The notes beneath the pieces were generated by a model. It saw only the letters and a program-made list of their open reading frames with translations. It was not told where the DNA came from and ran no database searches. Both the position numbers and the translations under genes were made by a program. This document shows positions 42,635 to 56,522 of a DNA stretch of 64,000 bases, one piece after another. The stretch covers positions 33,356,001 through 33,420,000 of the forward strand of contig OX597819.1 in assembly GCA_951406725.2 (NCBI GenBank), read 5' to 3'. How positions within the stretch are numbered: the stretch's first letter is position 1; each line of letters begins with the position of its first letter. This stretch comes from Octopus vulgaris. Taxonomy: Eukaryota.

Positions 42635-44498
42635 ATGCACATGCATGCATCAGTGTATATCACTATATGAATTTGCAGTAAATCTGAGTGTATGTGCCCC
42701 ATCAGAAACTAATCTAAAAGTTCTAAGTTCTATTGCATGCAGCCACAGATGTAAAGACCATGAAATATGAAAAAAAAAAAAACGTAGAATGTGACAAAGA
42801 AAGCAAAAGAGTGTGTGTGTGTGGGGGGGAGGCTTCATGGGGAAGTTTCAGGCTGATAAGGAGAACTGATGAGGGATCTATAAAGTGAAAGAAAAAAACG
42901 GTGAAGGAGGTCAATAGATCAAAGTCCACACACAGCACATGCAGAATAACAGGGATCCTCTGACTAAGGCTGAGTGATAAGTGAAGTAGAATGTTGCGAG
43001 AGAAAAGGATAGTGTGGGGAAAATAAAGAGATGAGAAAAATAGATGCAAAACATATGTTAGTACTATTTCACTTTTTAAAATGTCTTCAGTTCCTCTATA
43101 AATACATTGACTTTACACAGAAAGTTGTACAGACATATATACATCGATATATGTAATGTATACACTAAGTTCAGTATATACATCATTTGACAGGCAGATA
43201 GACAAATATTATATATATATATATTGGTAAAAAGGTAAGATAACAAAAGAAAGAAAGAGACCACGATATTATGTAAATAGAGGAATTTATATATATAAAT
43301 GCATCAAGAGGCTTACACTGCACTCACAGGGTTACAGACACAGAAACTCTAGAATGCTTATAGAAATGTTAAATTTTTGACGTTTGTTTATTTATCATAA
43401 AAATTCTGTAGAAATGCATTGCAACTGATAACATGAAAGTCAATAGGAAGATAAATTTTGTTGTATGGAATTCATCCATCACTTAAAAACTCCCAAGAAT
43501 GCAATCCTTCTAGTAATGTGCAGGAGAAGCTTTGCTCTTTTACAAATCACATGCGGGCATACATATACAGAGGACTATATATATATCAGTCAACAGATTA
43601 CCCAACACATATACACACAGATGCACACACTGCAATATGTTTGTCACTAGGTTATCCACAACACACAAGAACACTTAGATATTTACATAGAAATAAAACT
43701 TTTTATACATAGAGATGTATATACATTGTAAAGAAAAGTCTTGTAATCCCTTAATGAATTAGTGGATTATGAGAGTGGAGTAACTATTCCACCTCCTTCA
43801 ACTCAAAGAGTGAGCAAGACTTGCGGACAGAGAAAAGAGAATTCATGAGGAAAAAACAATGTGGGAGAATAAAAAAAGGAGATACAAAATGTGTGAATAC
43901 TCATTCACTTCCTCACAATGTTTTCAATTGAAATTATGTCCATATACTTAAATTCAAATGATGTCCATACACTTAAAAAAATAAGCATACAAATATATTT
44001 TATCTTTAAAAAATTGCGGAAAAAGCATTTAAAATTTCCAGAAAGTGAAACAGTACTATACAAATGTTTTCATTATTGAATACACATTACTGTCCTTATT
44101 GTGCACACATACAATACAGCCTTGTGTCAGTGAGTATTGTATGTTTGTTGGAACTACTGACTTTATGTAGTTCCAGCTTCTGCTTTCTGTCTCCGTTCAT
44201 CATCAGGAGAAATTTATTGTTTCATTGTATACTGAAAACTTGTCTTATACCTGTTACTTGTTGCAGTCATTGGTCTATGGCAAGGTTAAGGTACCACCTT
44301 GAAGGGCTTTTGTGAAACAAAATTAACCTCAGCTCTTCATTTTACTTTTTTTTTAAAGTCTAGTACTTATTCCATTCATCTCTTTTAGCAAACTACTAAA
44401 ATATGGAGACATAAACAAACCAACACCATAAACAAATCCAGCCATAGAAAACTACTTGAATGGTGCTTTTTGCATACCACTGGCATGAGACCAGTCAG

Positions 44499-44832
<334 letters not shown>

Positions 44833-44866
44833 ATATATATATATATATATACATATATATATACAT

Positions 44867-44901
<35 letters not shown>

Positions 44902-45384
44902 TATATATATATAATGTGAGCAGTTGGGTGCAACATAAACTGTACAGGCAAAATTTAGTTATCACTAAGTGTGACTGTATGTGCTACAGGCACATATATT
45001 GCCAGAAATAAGAGTTAAACCACTTATAGCTGCGTAATTTCACATTTATATATACTGACAGGGTAGATAACTGTTCCATGAGTGAAACAAAGTCAGAACA
45101 CTAGAGGGCATTGTTTTATCCTCATGCGAATTGTTCCCAGTGTGTCTTCAATGCTTCTATGACAAGGTTCCTCACAGTTTCTTTCTACCAAATTCACTCA
45201 CATGGAAAAGGTTGGTTTGGGACTTTAGTAGAAGTCACAAGCCCAGAGTGCTGTATAGTAGGCTGAACCCTAAAGGCACATGGTTGCAAAGCAAGCTTGT
45301 AAACCACATGACCATGTTTGAGCCAATCAAAATGCTTTTTACAAAAATGTATTGAACGATATCTTATATTCTAATTCTTTTTTA

Positions 45385-45783
45385 TTCTCTTATTCTTTTA
45401 CTTGTTTCAGTCATTTGACTGTGGCCATACTGGAGCACTGCCTTGAAGTGCTTTTGTTAAACAGTTCAGCCTCAGGGTGTATTTTTAAGCCTAGTATTTA
45501 TTATATTGGTCTGTTTTGCTGAACCACTAAGTTACAGGGATGTAAACACACCAACACCGGTTGTCAAGCAATGATAGAGGACAAATACAGACACAAAGCC
45601 ACACATAGATACGTTCTATGTGTGTGGCTTCTTTCCGTTTCGGTCTACCAAATCCACTCACAAGGCTTTAGTTGGCCTGAGGCTATTGTATAAGACACTT
45701 GCGCAAGGTGTCATGCAGTGGGACTGAACCCAGAACCATGTGGTTGGGAAACAAGCTTCTTACCACACAGCCATTCTTGTGCC
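45385..45783 (-). mobile_element. SINE family B
   Basis: Family motifs. Confidence 0.8.
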
Positions 45784-45798
45784 TAAAATTTAAATGAG

Positions 45799-45870
45799 CT
45801 CCCTCGCAGGTAATTGAACCCTGGTCTTCCACATGACAGGCAGGAATACTTACCACTATACTACAGAGGA
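45799..45870 (-). pseudogene. tRNA-Asp(GTC) pseudogene
   Basis: 72-nt TCCTCTGTAGTATAGTGGTAAGTATTCCTGCCTGTCATGTGGAAGACCAGGGTTCAATTACCTGCGAGGGAG aligns to the metazoan tRNA-Asp. The acceptor and anticodon stems carry mismatches. Confidence 0.8.
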
Positions 45871-46241
45871 AGTAAAATGTTGTCAAATATATTAGTTCCA
45901 TTCTTGCTAAATAATTCATCAAAAATTTGTCTAAATGAGTTGAGACCAAAAATTAATTTCTAAACAGTCTTGTGAGAAGGATTCTATCTAATATTTGTAG
46001 GACAAATGTGACTTGACCAATCTGTTTTGATGGAAATGTAAGTGGCATGTAGAATTTAATTATTTTTCAATTACTTTTAACATTAGAATGTCAAAAGATG
46101 ACATGAGTTATGAAATTTAACAGTGACATTGTAAATTAAAATGGGAAACAAAACTAGTTCATGTCGTATTTTGGGAGGGTCATCATGTCTATGATAAACA
46201 CATGCACTGGTTTATCTTCATTTCTTTGTTATTATTATATG

Positions 46242-46573
<332 letters not shown>

Positions 46574-46576
46574 CAC

Positions 46577-46608
<32 letters not shown>

Positions 46609-47124
46609 TAATAATAATAATGATAATAATGATAATAATAATGATAATAACGAAGTGAGATTGAATCAGTGATTGTGTTTAATATTGATATAATGACCCT
46701 CTTGAGATATAACTAAATCTGTTTCAGCATACAAGTTCACATCAAGAATCTTGCAAATCAAATAGAAAGGCAAAGAAAATACAGTTTAAATATTGAAATA
46801 TTACAGTCACTAAAATCAGAGGTAATATTTACAATAATGAAACCAAGCAAAACAGAAGTAAAACAATTTGGGTTCATAAAAATTCAAAAGCACACAAAAA
46901 AAACAATAATTTATTGTCTAATTTATCAAGAATTCATTGCATCTTATTTACAAAGAATCAATTTCCAATATATTATAGAATTTACAACCCTATGTCGGTC
47001 AGAGTTTTTAAAGTAGAAAGACCTGATTTAAAATTACAAAAATGTTCAAATACATCACTTAATACTACCTAGTTCCTTATGCTAATGATTATTCTACATA
47101 TATTGACTCCATAATGATAATAAT

Positions 47125-47346
47125 CTTCTCTACTGTAGGTACAAGGCCTGAAATTTTGAGGGAGAGGGAACAAGTCGATTACATCGACCCCAGTGCTTGG
47201 CTGGTACTTAATTTATCAACCCTGAAAGGATGAAAAGCAAAGTCAACCTTGGCAGAATTTGAATTCAGAATGTAAAGACAGACGAAATGTCGAAATGTCG
47301 CTAAGCATTTTGCCCAGCATGCTAACAATTCTGCTAGCTCACTGCC

Positions 47347-47417
<71 letters not shown>

Positions 47418-47741
47418 AAGGAGGAGGAGGAGGAGGAGGAGGAAGGGGAGGAGCAGGAGCAGGAGAGGCAAAGGAGGAGGAGTAGAAGAAGAAGGAGGAG
47501 CAGGAGGAGGAGTAGAAGAAGAAGGGGGAGCAGGAGCAGGAGAAGGGGACAAAGAAGGAGGAGCAGTAGAAGGAGGTAGAGGGGGAGAAGAAGAAGAAGA
47601 AGAAGAAGAAGAAGAAGAAGAAGAAGAAGAAGAAGAAGAAGATGATGAAGAAGAAGAGGAGGAGGAGAAGAAGGAGGAGGAGGGGGAGGGGGATGAGGAG
47701 GAGGAGGGGGAGAGGAGGAGGAGGAGGAGAAGAAGAAGAAG

Positions 47742-47773
<32 letters not shown>

Positions 47774-47785
47774 GAAGAAGAATCA
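47125..47785. repeat. Family A SINE (minus, to about 47348) then (AAT)n/(AAG)n/(GAG)n purine tract
   Basis: Directly visible. Confidence 0.85.
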
Positions 47786-48166
47786 TTTAACATTCACAGG
47801 ATTTGACAGGAGCTGGCTAGGCAGAAGACTGCACCAGGCTCCAAAGACTGTTTTAGCATGGTTTTTTTACAGCTGGATACCCTTTCTAACACCAACCACC
47901 CTGCAGAGAGGTTAATAATGATAATAATCCTTTCCACTACAGACACACAGTATAGTTAAATCTTTAAATAGTGGCTTAGGGAGATATCATGAAATATTGA
48001 GAAAATATGGTAAGATCTCTAATTTGCAACTAAGCAAAGATCGATTTGTTTCAATTAAAGGCAAAAGTTAAGTTGCTATTTTGCCATTTGTGAGTGGGTT
48101 GTTACACATTATTTGGTGTTACTGTATACTGCATCACTTCCATTAGAATGCAGATATAGACTTCCA

Positions 48167-48612
48167 AGATCCTTTCAGTTTGAACGGCAGTTTTTTCTAG
48201 CGGTGTCATATGAAATTGTCACCCATAATTATGACCCTAGTATCGATCTATTGCATTTCAATCTCTTTTAGGGTTAGTTAGGGTTAGTTAGGGTTAGGGT
48301 TAGGGGTGGGGTGGGGGATGGTATCTTTTTTTCTTCACAAATGTAAATAAACCCAGTCTGTTTCTTAAACAAGGGACATATTCATACGGCACAGAATGTT
48401 TTTTTTTTTACCTCAATGGACGTCATTGATTGGTTGAAATTGCAGAAATTTAAGAAAAAAAAACAACAAACATCTTACAAACTATAGAATTTTCTCAATA
48501 AAGCCAAGAGAAAAAGATGTTTTATAAACACATTCTACCAGTATACGAAGTTTAAAATTTTTTAGTTACCTAGAAATTATGTTAAAAACTGCTGTTCAAA
48601 CCGAAAAGATCC
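48167..48612. mobile_element. MITE with about 28-bp TIRs, 8-9-bp TSD and internal TTAGGG repeats
   Basis: GACTTCCA(A) on both flanks. TIRs GATCCTTTCAGTTTGAACGGCAGTTTTT / AAAAACTGCTGTTCAAACCGAAAAGATCC. Confidence 0.85.
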
Positions 48613-48909
48613 GACTTCCAAGTATAGAATACTGCCTTTTTGTTTTTGACAGTGGTAGAGTTAAGACGTAAGTTTATAGTATGGGTGTTTAGTTATCTTA
48701 ATCAAAGTGTATTTTCATTAAAGTTTGTTTGTTTTAGTCATTTTAAAGAATATTATTGGTTTTAGGTGAAAATATTAGTTTAACCACTCAACATTTAAAC
48801 TAGCCATATTCAGCCCAAATATTCTACCAGTTTTATGTTCAAATCTGTGAGATCTGGTCTATCATACATACTCTGCAATGTCATTTTAAAAATTAACAAT
48901 CTATAGACA

Positions 48910-49490
48910 TAGGTGTGGCTGTGTGGTAAGATGCTTGCTTCCCAACCACATGATTCCATGTTCAGTCCCACTACAAGATACCTTGGGCATGTGTCTTCTA
49001 CTATAACCTTGGGCCGACCAAAGCCTTGCAAGTAGAACTGGTAGAGAGAAATTGTCTACTAGGTGGCGAGCTGGCAGAAACATTAGCACACCGGGCAAAA
49101 TGCTTAAAGGTATTTCCTCTGCCATTACGTTCTGAGTTCAAATTCCACCGAGGTCGACTTTGCCTTTCAGCCTTTCAGGGTCGATGAATTAAATACCATT
49201 TATGCACTGGGATCAATGTAATCGACTTAATCCCTCTGTCTATCCTTGTTTGTCCCTCTATGTTTAGCCCCTTGTGTGTGTCCCTTGCCATTGCTTGACA
49301 ACTGATGTGGGTGTGTTTACACCCCCATAAGTTAGCAGTTTGGCAAAAGAGATCAATAGAACAAGTACAAGGCTTGAAAAAGAAAAAAAGATAAGTATTG
49401 GGGTGAAATTCATTTGATAAAAAAAATCCTTCAAGGTGGTGGCCCAGCATGGCTGCAAGCTAATGACTGATACAAGTTAAAGGTAAAGGT
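48910..49490 (+). mobile_element. Family B SINE interrupted by a family A SINE (about 49060-49275)
   Basis: B head, A body, B tail. Confidence 0.7.
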
Positions 49491-49645
49491 AAATCACATC
49501 ATTGAAATCTCAAATCTATGAGACAATGCATAATAAATTCAAAATAATATTAATAAATAAGTTTTACATTTGACAGAGTAATCTGAATGCTAAATGGTTA
49601 ACTATTATAATAATTATGTTTATTCAATAGTTATAAGTTTATATG

Positions 49646-50602
49646 TGGAGGTGCAATGGCTCAGTGGTTAGGGCAGCGGACTCATGGTCGGAGGATCGCA
49701 GTTTCAATTCCCAGACCGGGCGTTGTGTGCGTTTATTGGGCGAAAACACCTAAAAGCTCCCCGAGGCTCCAGCAGGAGGTGGTGGCGACCTCTGTTGTAC
49801 TCTTTCGCCACACCTTTCTCTCATTCTCTCTTCCTGTTTCTTGAGTAACGCTGTGATGGACTGGTGTCACATCCAGCTGGGGGGAACACATATGCCACAG
49901 AAACCAGGAAACCGGGCCCATGAGCCTGGCCAGGCTTGAAAAGGGCAACATTACGTTAATAAGTTTATATTAGATTGTTCCAAAGTTGTAAGCATTTAAT
50001 ACTAATTTCGTTAAATAACATGTTACTCAGTTTGTTTGCATTGAGATCATTTTAATTATGTAAGTGAAGGTGCATAGCGCAGGAGTTAGAGTATCAAGCT
50101 CACAGTCATGGGGTAGTGTGTTCAATTCCAGGAGAGGGCTGTGTGTTGTGCTCTTGAGCAAGACACTTTATTTCACATTGATCCATTTCACTCAGCTGTA
50201 GAAATGAGTTGCAATGTCACTGGAGCCAAGCTTTATCAGCCTTTGCCTTTCCTTTGGGTAACATTGGTGGCATGGAGAGGGGAAGCTGCATGGGCAACTG
50301 CTGGTCTTCCATAAACAACCTTGCCCAGACATGGGTGCAATCCCATGGTCATTTATGAATGAAGAGGGTCTTTACCTTTACTTTTACCTAATTATGTACT
50401 CTTTTACTTGTTTCAGTCATTTGACTGTGGCCATGCTGGAGCACCGCCTTTAGTCGAGCACATCAACCCCAGAACTTATTCTTTGTAAGCCTAGTACTTA
50501 TTCTATCAGTCCCTTTTGCCGAACCACTAAGGTACGGGGGGGATGTAAACATACCAGCATCAGTTGTCAAGCAATGTTGGGGGGACAAACACAGGCACAC
50601 AA

Positions 50603-50661
<59 letters not shown>

Positions 50662-50820
50662 CATACGACGGGCTTCTTTCAGTTTCTGTCTACCAAATCC
50701 ACTCACAAGACTTTGGTTGGTCCGAGGCTATAGTAGAAGACACTTACCCAAGGTGCCACACAGTGGGACTGAACCCAGAGCCATGTAGTTCATAAGCAAG
50801 CTACTTACCACACAGCTACT
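49646..50820. mobile_element. SINEs: family D plus (49646-49950), family E plus (50065-50385), family B minus (50398-50820)
   Basis: Family motifs. Confidence 0.8.
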
Positions 50821-50989
50821 AAGTAATTTGTTGTTATTTTCTTGTTTTTGTCATATCTACTATATACTACTGTATATTTATTATAAGTTGTATTTTTAAA
50901 AAATAAGAAATGCATTCAGTTAATTTATTTTTTATAATTCGATCTATATTTTATAGATATTGATCTATGTTAGTTTATTCTCATGTCAC

Positions 50990-51640
50990 ATGGTATGGGG
51001 GCGATTAAAGCATGATGGTTAAAGGGGTATATTATTCTACTAGTTAGCATTTGATTTATTTTAAGTGTGTTTTCATGTTATAGAGTGTGGAACAGCATGT
51101 CTATTGGTTTATGTTCATTAATTAATTTATATGTTTGAAGTTCTTGGTTAGGTGTTCCTAGGGTTGTTGTTATTATTTTCCATGTTATGTATTGGTGGTT
51201 CAGTAAATTAATGTATTTTGTTCACTAATTCTGTTTTGATTTTTTGGAGATATTTCTGTTTTATAGGTACATTTAAAAAAGAAAAAAATTATGCTTTGTA
51301 GCTATAGGTTTGATAAAATTTTGTTAGTAATTAATGTTTACATTTGTAATAATAAGCAGATGTAAGTCTAATGGACATATTCCATTTATGTTTCACTCCT
51401 GCTACTTTTCTGTTGGTTCCCAGGCAGTGTTTATGCTTTTAACACTGTTGAAAGGTACTCCTCAGGTGTCAAAACCACAATGATATCCAATAGGCAGCTG
51501 TTGATGGAAAAATACATCTGATATGCTTGTTGCCTGTGAATATTTTACAACTTGGGTTCGCATTGTCCTGAGTTGTCCATTCGTGTAAGGTTGAATTTGG
51601 TAAAGGGTTCCTGATTTATGATGGAATTTTTGTTGTTGTT
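50990..51640 (-). mobile_element. Possible highly degenerate Penelope-like GIY-YIG endonuclease remnant
   Basis: Minus-strand peptides CPLDLHLLITNV and TKYIN...ITWKII loosely resemble PLE endonuclease motifs. Confidence 0.35.
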
Positions 51641-52067
51641 TGTATTATTATATACTAGCGATGCACCCCGGCATTGCCCAGGAGTTATGACCTACAGCTT
51701 CATTGAATTATTTGTTCCTTTGTTATGAGAAGAATCAGCACACAAGGAGTATGATACAAACAACTCTTCTTTATAAATATGTTTTTCGGTCATTTTCTGA
51801 TGAACAACGCTGCAGTTTCCATCTACTAAATTCAGTCACAAGTCTGTAGTTGGGGAGGGCTATACTAGAAAACACTTGCACAAGATACCATGCAGAGGCA
51901 CTGAACATGGAACTATGTGGTTGGGAAGCAAACTTCTCAACCACACAGTCATTCTTGCACCTAATATGTGTGTGCATGTATTTATATATATATGTAATTA
52001 TATATATTATTTGTTATTTATGTCTATCACTGTTTGAGTTGCATAATAGTGATTTTATCTCTAATTC

Positions 52068-52108
<41 letters not shown>

Positions 52109-53354
52109 AGAGAAAAAAATCAGATAAGAGAAAAAATCTATCAGAAAGGAACTCTATCTCTCTTAAAAAAATATCTTTTGATAAGCATAACAAATGCGCA
52201 ACCGGTAAAAAGAACTTTCACCTAATTAAATACACTCTCCCTTACTTAAATTATTTTGTCAGCATTTTCTTCATTTCCTTTTTATATATATATATATATA
52301 TATGCTTGTGTGTCATCAATGGCATATAGAGAAGGGAGACTGATATGCATGGGTGACTGCTGGTCTTCCATAAATAACCTTGCCTGGACTTGTGCCTCAG
52401 AAGGGGAACTTTCTAAGAGCAATACCATGGTCATTTAGTACAAATATAAATAACACCCTGACACATCTTTCCCACCTCCTTCTCCTCTACAGGAAGACAT
52501 CTATTTCTGTCTCTTTCTCGTCATCTGGCACAAAGCCACCTCTCTCAATACAACACCTTACCCTCGGTTGAAGTGTCATGGCCTGCAACATATTTCGTGA
52601 CCACACTTGCACCAGTACCAGTGTATGTGATAGTGTAAAAAGCACTCAGCACATTCTGTAAAATGGTTAGCATTAGGGAAGGTATCCAGCTGTAGAAGCT
52701 ATACCAAAGCAGCTTGGCACAGTTTTCTGATTTATCGGTTTCTGTCAAATTGTCCAACCCATGCCAAAATGGACATACAGTAGTGATAATAAATAACAAC
52801 AGAAATAAATCACAAAGTCTGGTAAAATATGAGAAACGGACAATATATATGTGATGACATCTGATGATTTAATTAATGATTGTGTTAAAGACAATGATGA
52901 CACACCCTAGCTTAATTAATGATTGCTAGTTTAGTTTCAAATAAACAGATAATTGCTTAAAAAGCAAGCAAGCTATGAAATCTCAGAGCATCCATAGATT
53001 ATACATGACAATAATAAATCTTTATCTAACGGCTGTGACTTATGGCCTCGGTTCTCCTTCTCATTAACTATCTTTCTGTTTATCTCTCTCATGTTATCTG
53101 GCCCCAAAATATTTTTTAACATTGTTTGAGACAAATTTCTTCAGGGAAGCACCTTTTTTCAGATTCCTTTCTCTCATTAATTATTAATTACTATGCTTCT
53201 CACGAAGCAGCTGCCTTTTATATTCTCTTTCTTTCACTTCTTTCCCCAGCTGCTATCTGTCTGTCACTCTTTCTCTCTCATACACACACATATTTATATC
53301 GAGATACTCATAGTTATATCAATTCATATACATACCTACATATATATACGTATG

Positions 53355-53411
<57 letters not shown>

Positions 53412-53551
53412 CATACATATATATATATGTTCTTATACATACACACATACATTATATATATTCTTATACATACATGCCTATCATCATCATCATCATTATC
53501 ATCATCATCGTCGTTTAGCGTCCACTTTCCATGATGGCATGGGTTGGACGG

Positions 53552-53647
<96 letters not shown>

Positions 53648-53888
53648 TAGATATATTGAGAAAATATCTTAATAATATCCTAACAGTTATTCAAGCCGAT
53701 CATGTGAAGGAATGGTGCTTGTCTCCATTTTGGATTAAAACTTTTATCCACTGATGTGGTGTTGAGCACTCAATCTCATTGTTTGAAATTTATGTGTGTG
53801 TATGTATACATATATACATGCATACATACATACATACATACATACATACATACATGCATACATACATACGTATGCATACATACATACG

Positions 53889-53936
<48 letters not shown>

Positions 53937-54146
53937 TAGATAGATAGATAGATAAATTTTTTGGGTAATTTACTGTGGTGGTATTTTGACCATATAGCAC
54001 GTGGAGTTTAACCAGACAATTTAAACTGGTCATGTGCATACATGCACATATATGTGTGTATGCGTGCATATATGTAAGCATTCATATGTTGTATATATAT
54101 ATCGATATATTTATATATATTTGTATTTATGTACATTTTTGTGTAT

Positions 54147-54204
54147 ATTCCACTGATGAGGCAAAGCATTTCTTATGCAAAGCCAGAAATCCGGGCTCTG
54201 GAAT
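54147..54204 (+). ncRNA. Minimal type-I hammerhead ribozyme motif
   Basis: ATTCCA-CTGATGA-GGC..GCAT..ATGC..GCC-a-GAAA-TCCGGGC-TC-TGGAAT. Confidence 0.6.
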
Positions 54205-54374
54205 TATCCAAAACTTTTCGCTAGTTTACTTTGTCTCTTTGTCTTCTCTCCTGGTGCTGTATGAATATTTGATGTAGTTTTAGAGTCAAGTTTTGACTGC
54301 TTTATCTAGCATGATGGTATCTTTTAGATTCCCTTTTTTATAATTGATATATATATATTTACACACACACACTA

Positions 54375-54417
<43 letters not shown>

Positions 54418-54524
54418 AGTAGACAAATGAATTATCTTATTACCTGGGTAGCAAACTCACAACATATGTCGAAAATAAAATAAAGGAATTTTGTTAAATC
54501 TTCGTTCAGCTCCATTCTTTCCTA

Positions 54525-54590
<66 letters not shown>

Positions 54591-54767
54591 ATATATATAT
54601 AACTCCAAGAAAGTTAGGGGTTGTGGGTCCAACCCACTAAGGGATAATACCTATCCTATATATTGTTGGTATAATACCTAATTATTAATATACAAGTGTT
54701 TTTTATTGCATTGCAATTAACTTACCTAGTGTATTAAATGGGTGAAGGTAAAGAGATATTTTATCAT

Positions 54768-55138
54768 TATATTGCAAATAAGAAAATGGAGAAGCACAAT
54801 AGTTGTTTCATCAACTTTAGGACATTACAAATGTTAACTTATTTATTTATTAAAATGATAATTATAATAACATACATACATTTACCATATTATTCCATGC
54901 ATATAAAAAAAGAATACAAGTAATTATTAAAAAACATGAATAAAAATTATTATTAATAATTTATATTCATCTTTTTTAATAATTACTTGTGTTCTTATTT
55001 TATATGCATGGAATAATATGCTAAATGTATGTATGTTATTATAATTATCATTTTAATAAATAAATAAGTTAACATTTTTAATGTCCTAAAGTTGATGAAT
55101 CAACTATTGTGCACCACCATTTTCTTACATGCCATATA
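54768..55138. repeat. Near-perfect palindrome of about 370 bp
   Basis: Arms of about 180 bp are reverse-complementary around a centre at about 54953. Confidence 0.92.
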
Positions 55139-55139
55139 T

Positions 55140-55415
55140 CAAGCGTGATCGTGACCAACGTCGCTTCACTGGCACGTGTAAAAAGATTCAAACGAGGTCA
55201 TTGCCAGTACCGCCTGACTGGCCCCCATGCCAGTGGCACGTAAAAAGCCCCCACTACACTCTTGGAGTGGTTGGCGTTAGGAAGGGCATCCAGCTGTAGA
55301 AACTCTGCCACATCATGATTGGAGCCTGGTGCAGCCATCTGGCTCACCAGCCCTCAGTCAAAATCGTCCAACACATGCTAGCATGGAAAGCGGATGTTAA
55401 ACGATGATGATGATG
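55140..55415 (+). mobile_element. Family C element
   Basis: GAGTGGTTGGCGTTAGGAAGGGCATCCAGCTGTAGAAAC...(GAT)n. Confidence 0.8.
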
Positions 55416-55493
55416 ACATATATATATATACTGTCTAACTTATGCAAGCAGGAAAAGTAAACATTAAAATAATGATGATAAATGAAGACGATA

Positions 55494-55712
55494 TATAAGC
55501 AGGTTACTGAAAAGTTCCTGGTTTCAAGGCTATCGCAAAAGGCTTGGCTGGAGGCCCAAATTTCCAAATTCTTTTACAGGGCTTAGAAAAACTGAAGAAC
55601 TACTGCAATAAGTGTGCTAATCTGAGAGGGGAATGTGTTGATTAAAATCATAATTAACTGATCTTTTTGTATTTTCCTTTACCCAAAACCAGGAACATTT
55701 TATCACCTCCAA
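55494..55712 (+). mobile_element. mariner-derived MITE / deletion derivative
   Basis: Degenerate TIRs (AAAAGTTCCTGG / CCAGGAACATTTT) and a transposase C-terminus remnant GLEKLKNYCNKCANLRGECVD*. Confidence 0.65.
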
Positions 55713-55767
55713 AGCACATGAAGCAATGAGGACCAAAATAATATATACATTTATTTTTAACAAGTTC

Positions 55768-55810
<43 letters not shown>

Positions 55811-56094
55811 TGCATGTGTGTGCTGAGAGGCAGAACTCAAGTTATGAAAGTGTTGTATTCCTGAAAATGCTCCTATAATGTGGAATTCCATGATATGAAG
55901 CCTGGCTTCCATAGATTTCATAGGAAGTTAATGAACATGGAAGTCAATAGGAAATACATTTTGTGGTTCAGAATGCCACACTGCAATAAAATTTTCAGAA
56001 TGTAGCGTTTATATAAAGCAGAGCATGCCATAATCTTCAATTTGATGACTATACTAAACAACACCAAATTGAGTATGTGCTGTCATTAAAACAC

Positions 56095-56473
56095 ATTTTA
56101 CCAATAAAGTATGACCTAATAGATATGTCATAACTGATGTATGATACAATTGAGATATGTCATAATGGAAGTTAATCCTCTGTGATAAAGATATGTCATA
56201 GCTGGAGAATGATCTCATAGTGATATGAATCTTATAGAGATATGTCATAACGGTATGATTCAACACAACGTCCTATCTGAAATATGATACAGGTTAGATG
56301 TTATAACTAAATTATGTTCCAGCAGAAATCTGTCATAGCTAAAGTATGATCCAGTTGAGATGTGGTATAACTTACCAATGAAATATGATTTCACAGAAAT
56401 ATGTCATAGCTGTAGTATGATCCAGAAGATATGTTGTAACTTACCAATGAAGTGTGATCCAGTAGAGATATGC
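56095..56473. repeat. Degenerate minisatellite (about 32-39-bp unit) overlapping the exon 3' end
   Basis: About 11 units of AGATATGTCATA...GTATGATCCAGT. Confidence 0.8.
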
Positions 56474-56522
56474 CTTCTTCTTGAACAGCAATCCAAAACT
56501 GGTTTTGGTCCCTGCCTTTAAA
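56445..56522 (-). CDS. PLEKHH2: PLEKHH1/2 coding exon, FERM C-lobe
   Basis: TTTTGTAG acceptor, 78 nt in phase 0/0 encoding FKGRDQNQFWIAVQEEGISLLDHTSL, GTAAGT donor. Resembles the PLEKHH WLAVHEDGLSIL motif and is in frame with the flanking exons. Confidence 0.9.

Noticed and set aside
45799-45870. Functional tRNA-Asp gene
   Set aside because: Mismatches in the acceptor and anticodon stems and a CpG-decay pattern. Called as a pseudogene.
48268-48305. Telomere or chromosome-fusion remnant
   Set aside because: Only a few units, and they lie inside a TIR/TSD-bounded MITE.
51655-51781. Short minus-strand Helitron
   Set aside because: A 3' hairpin and CTAG are present but there is no TC 5' end, so it is too degenerate to call.
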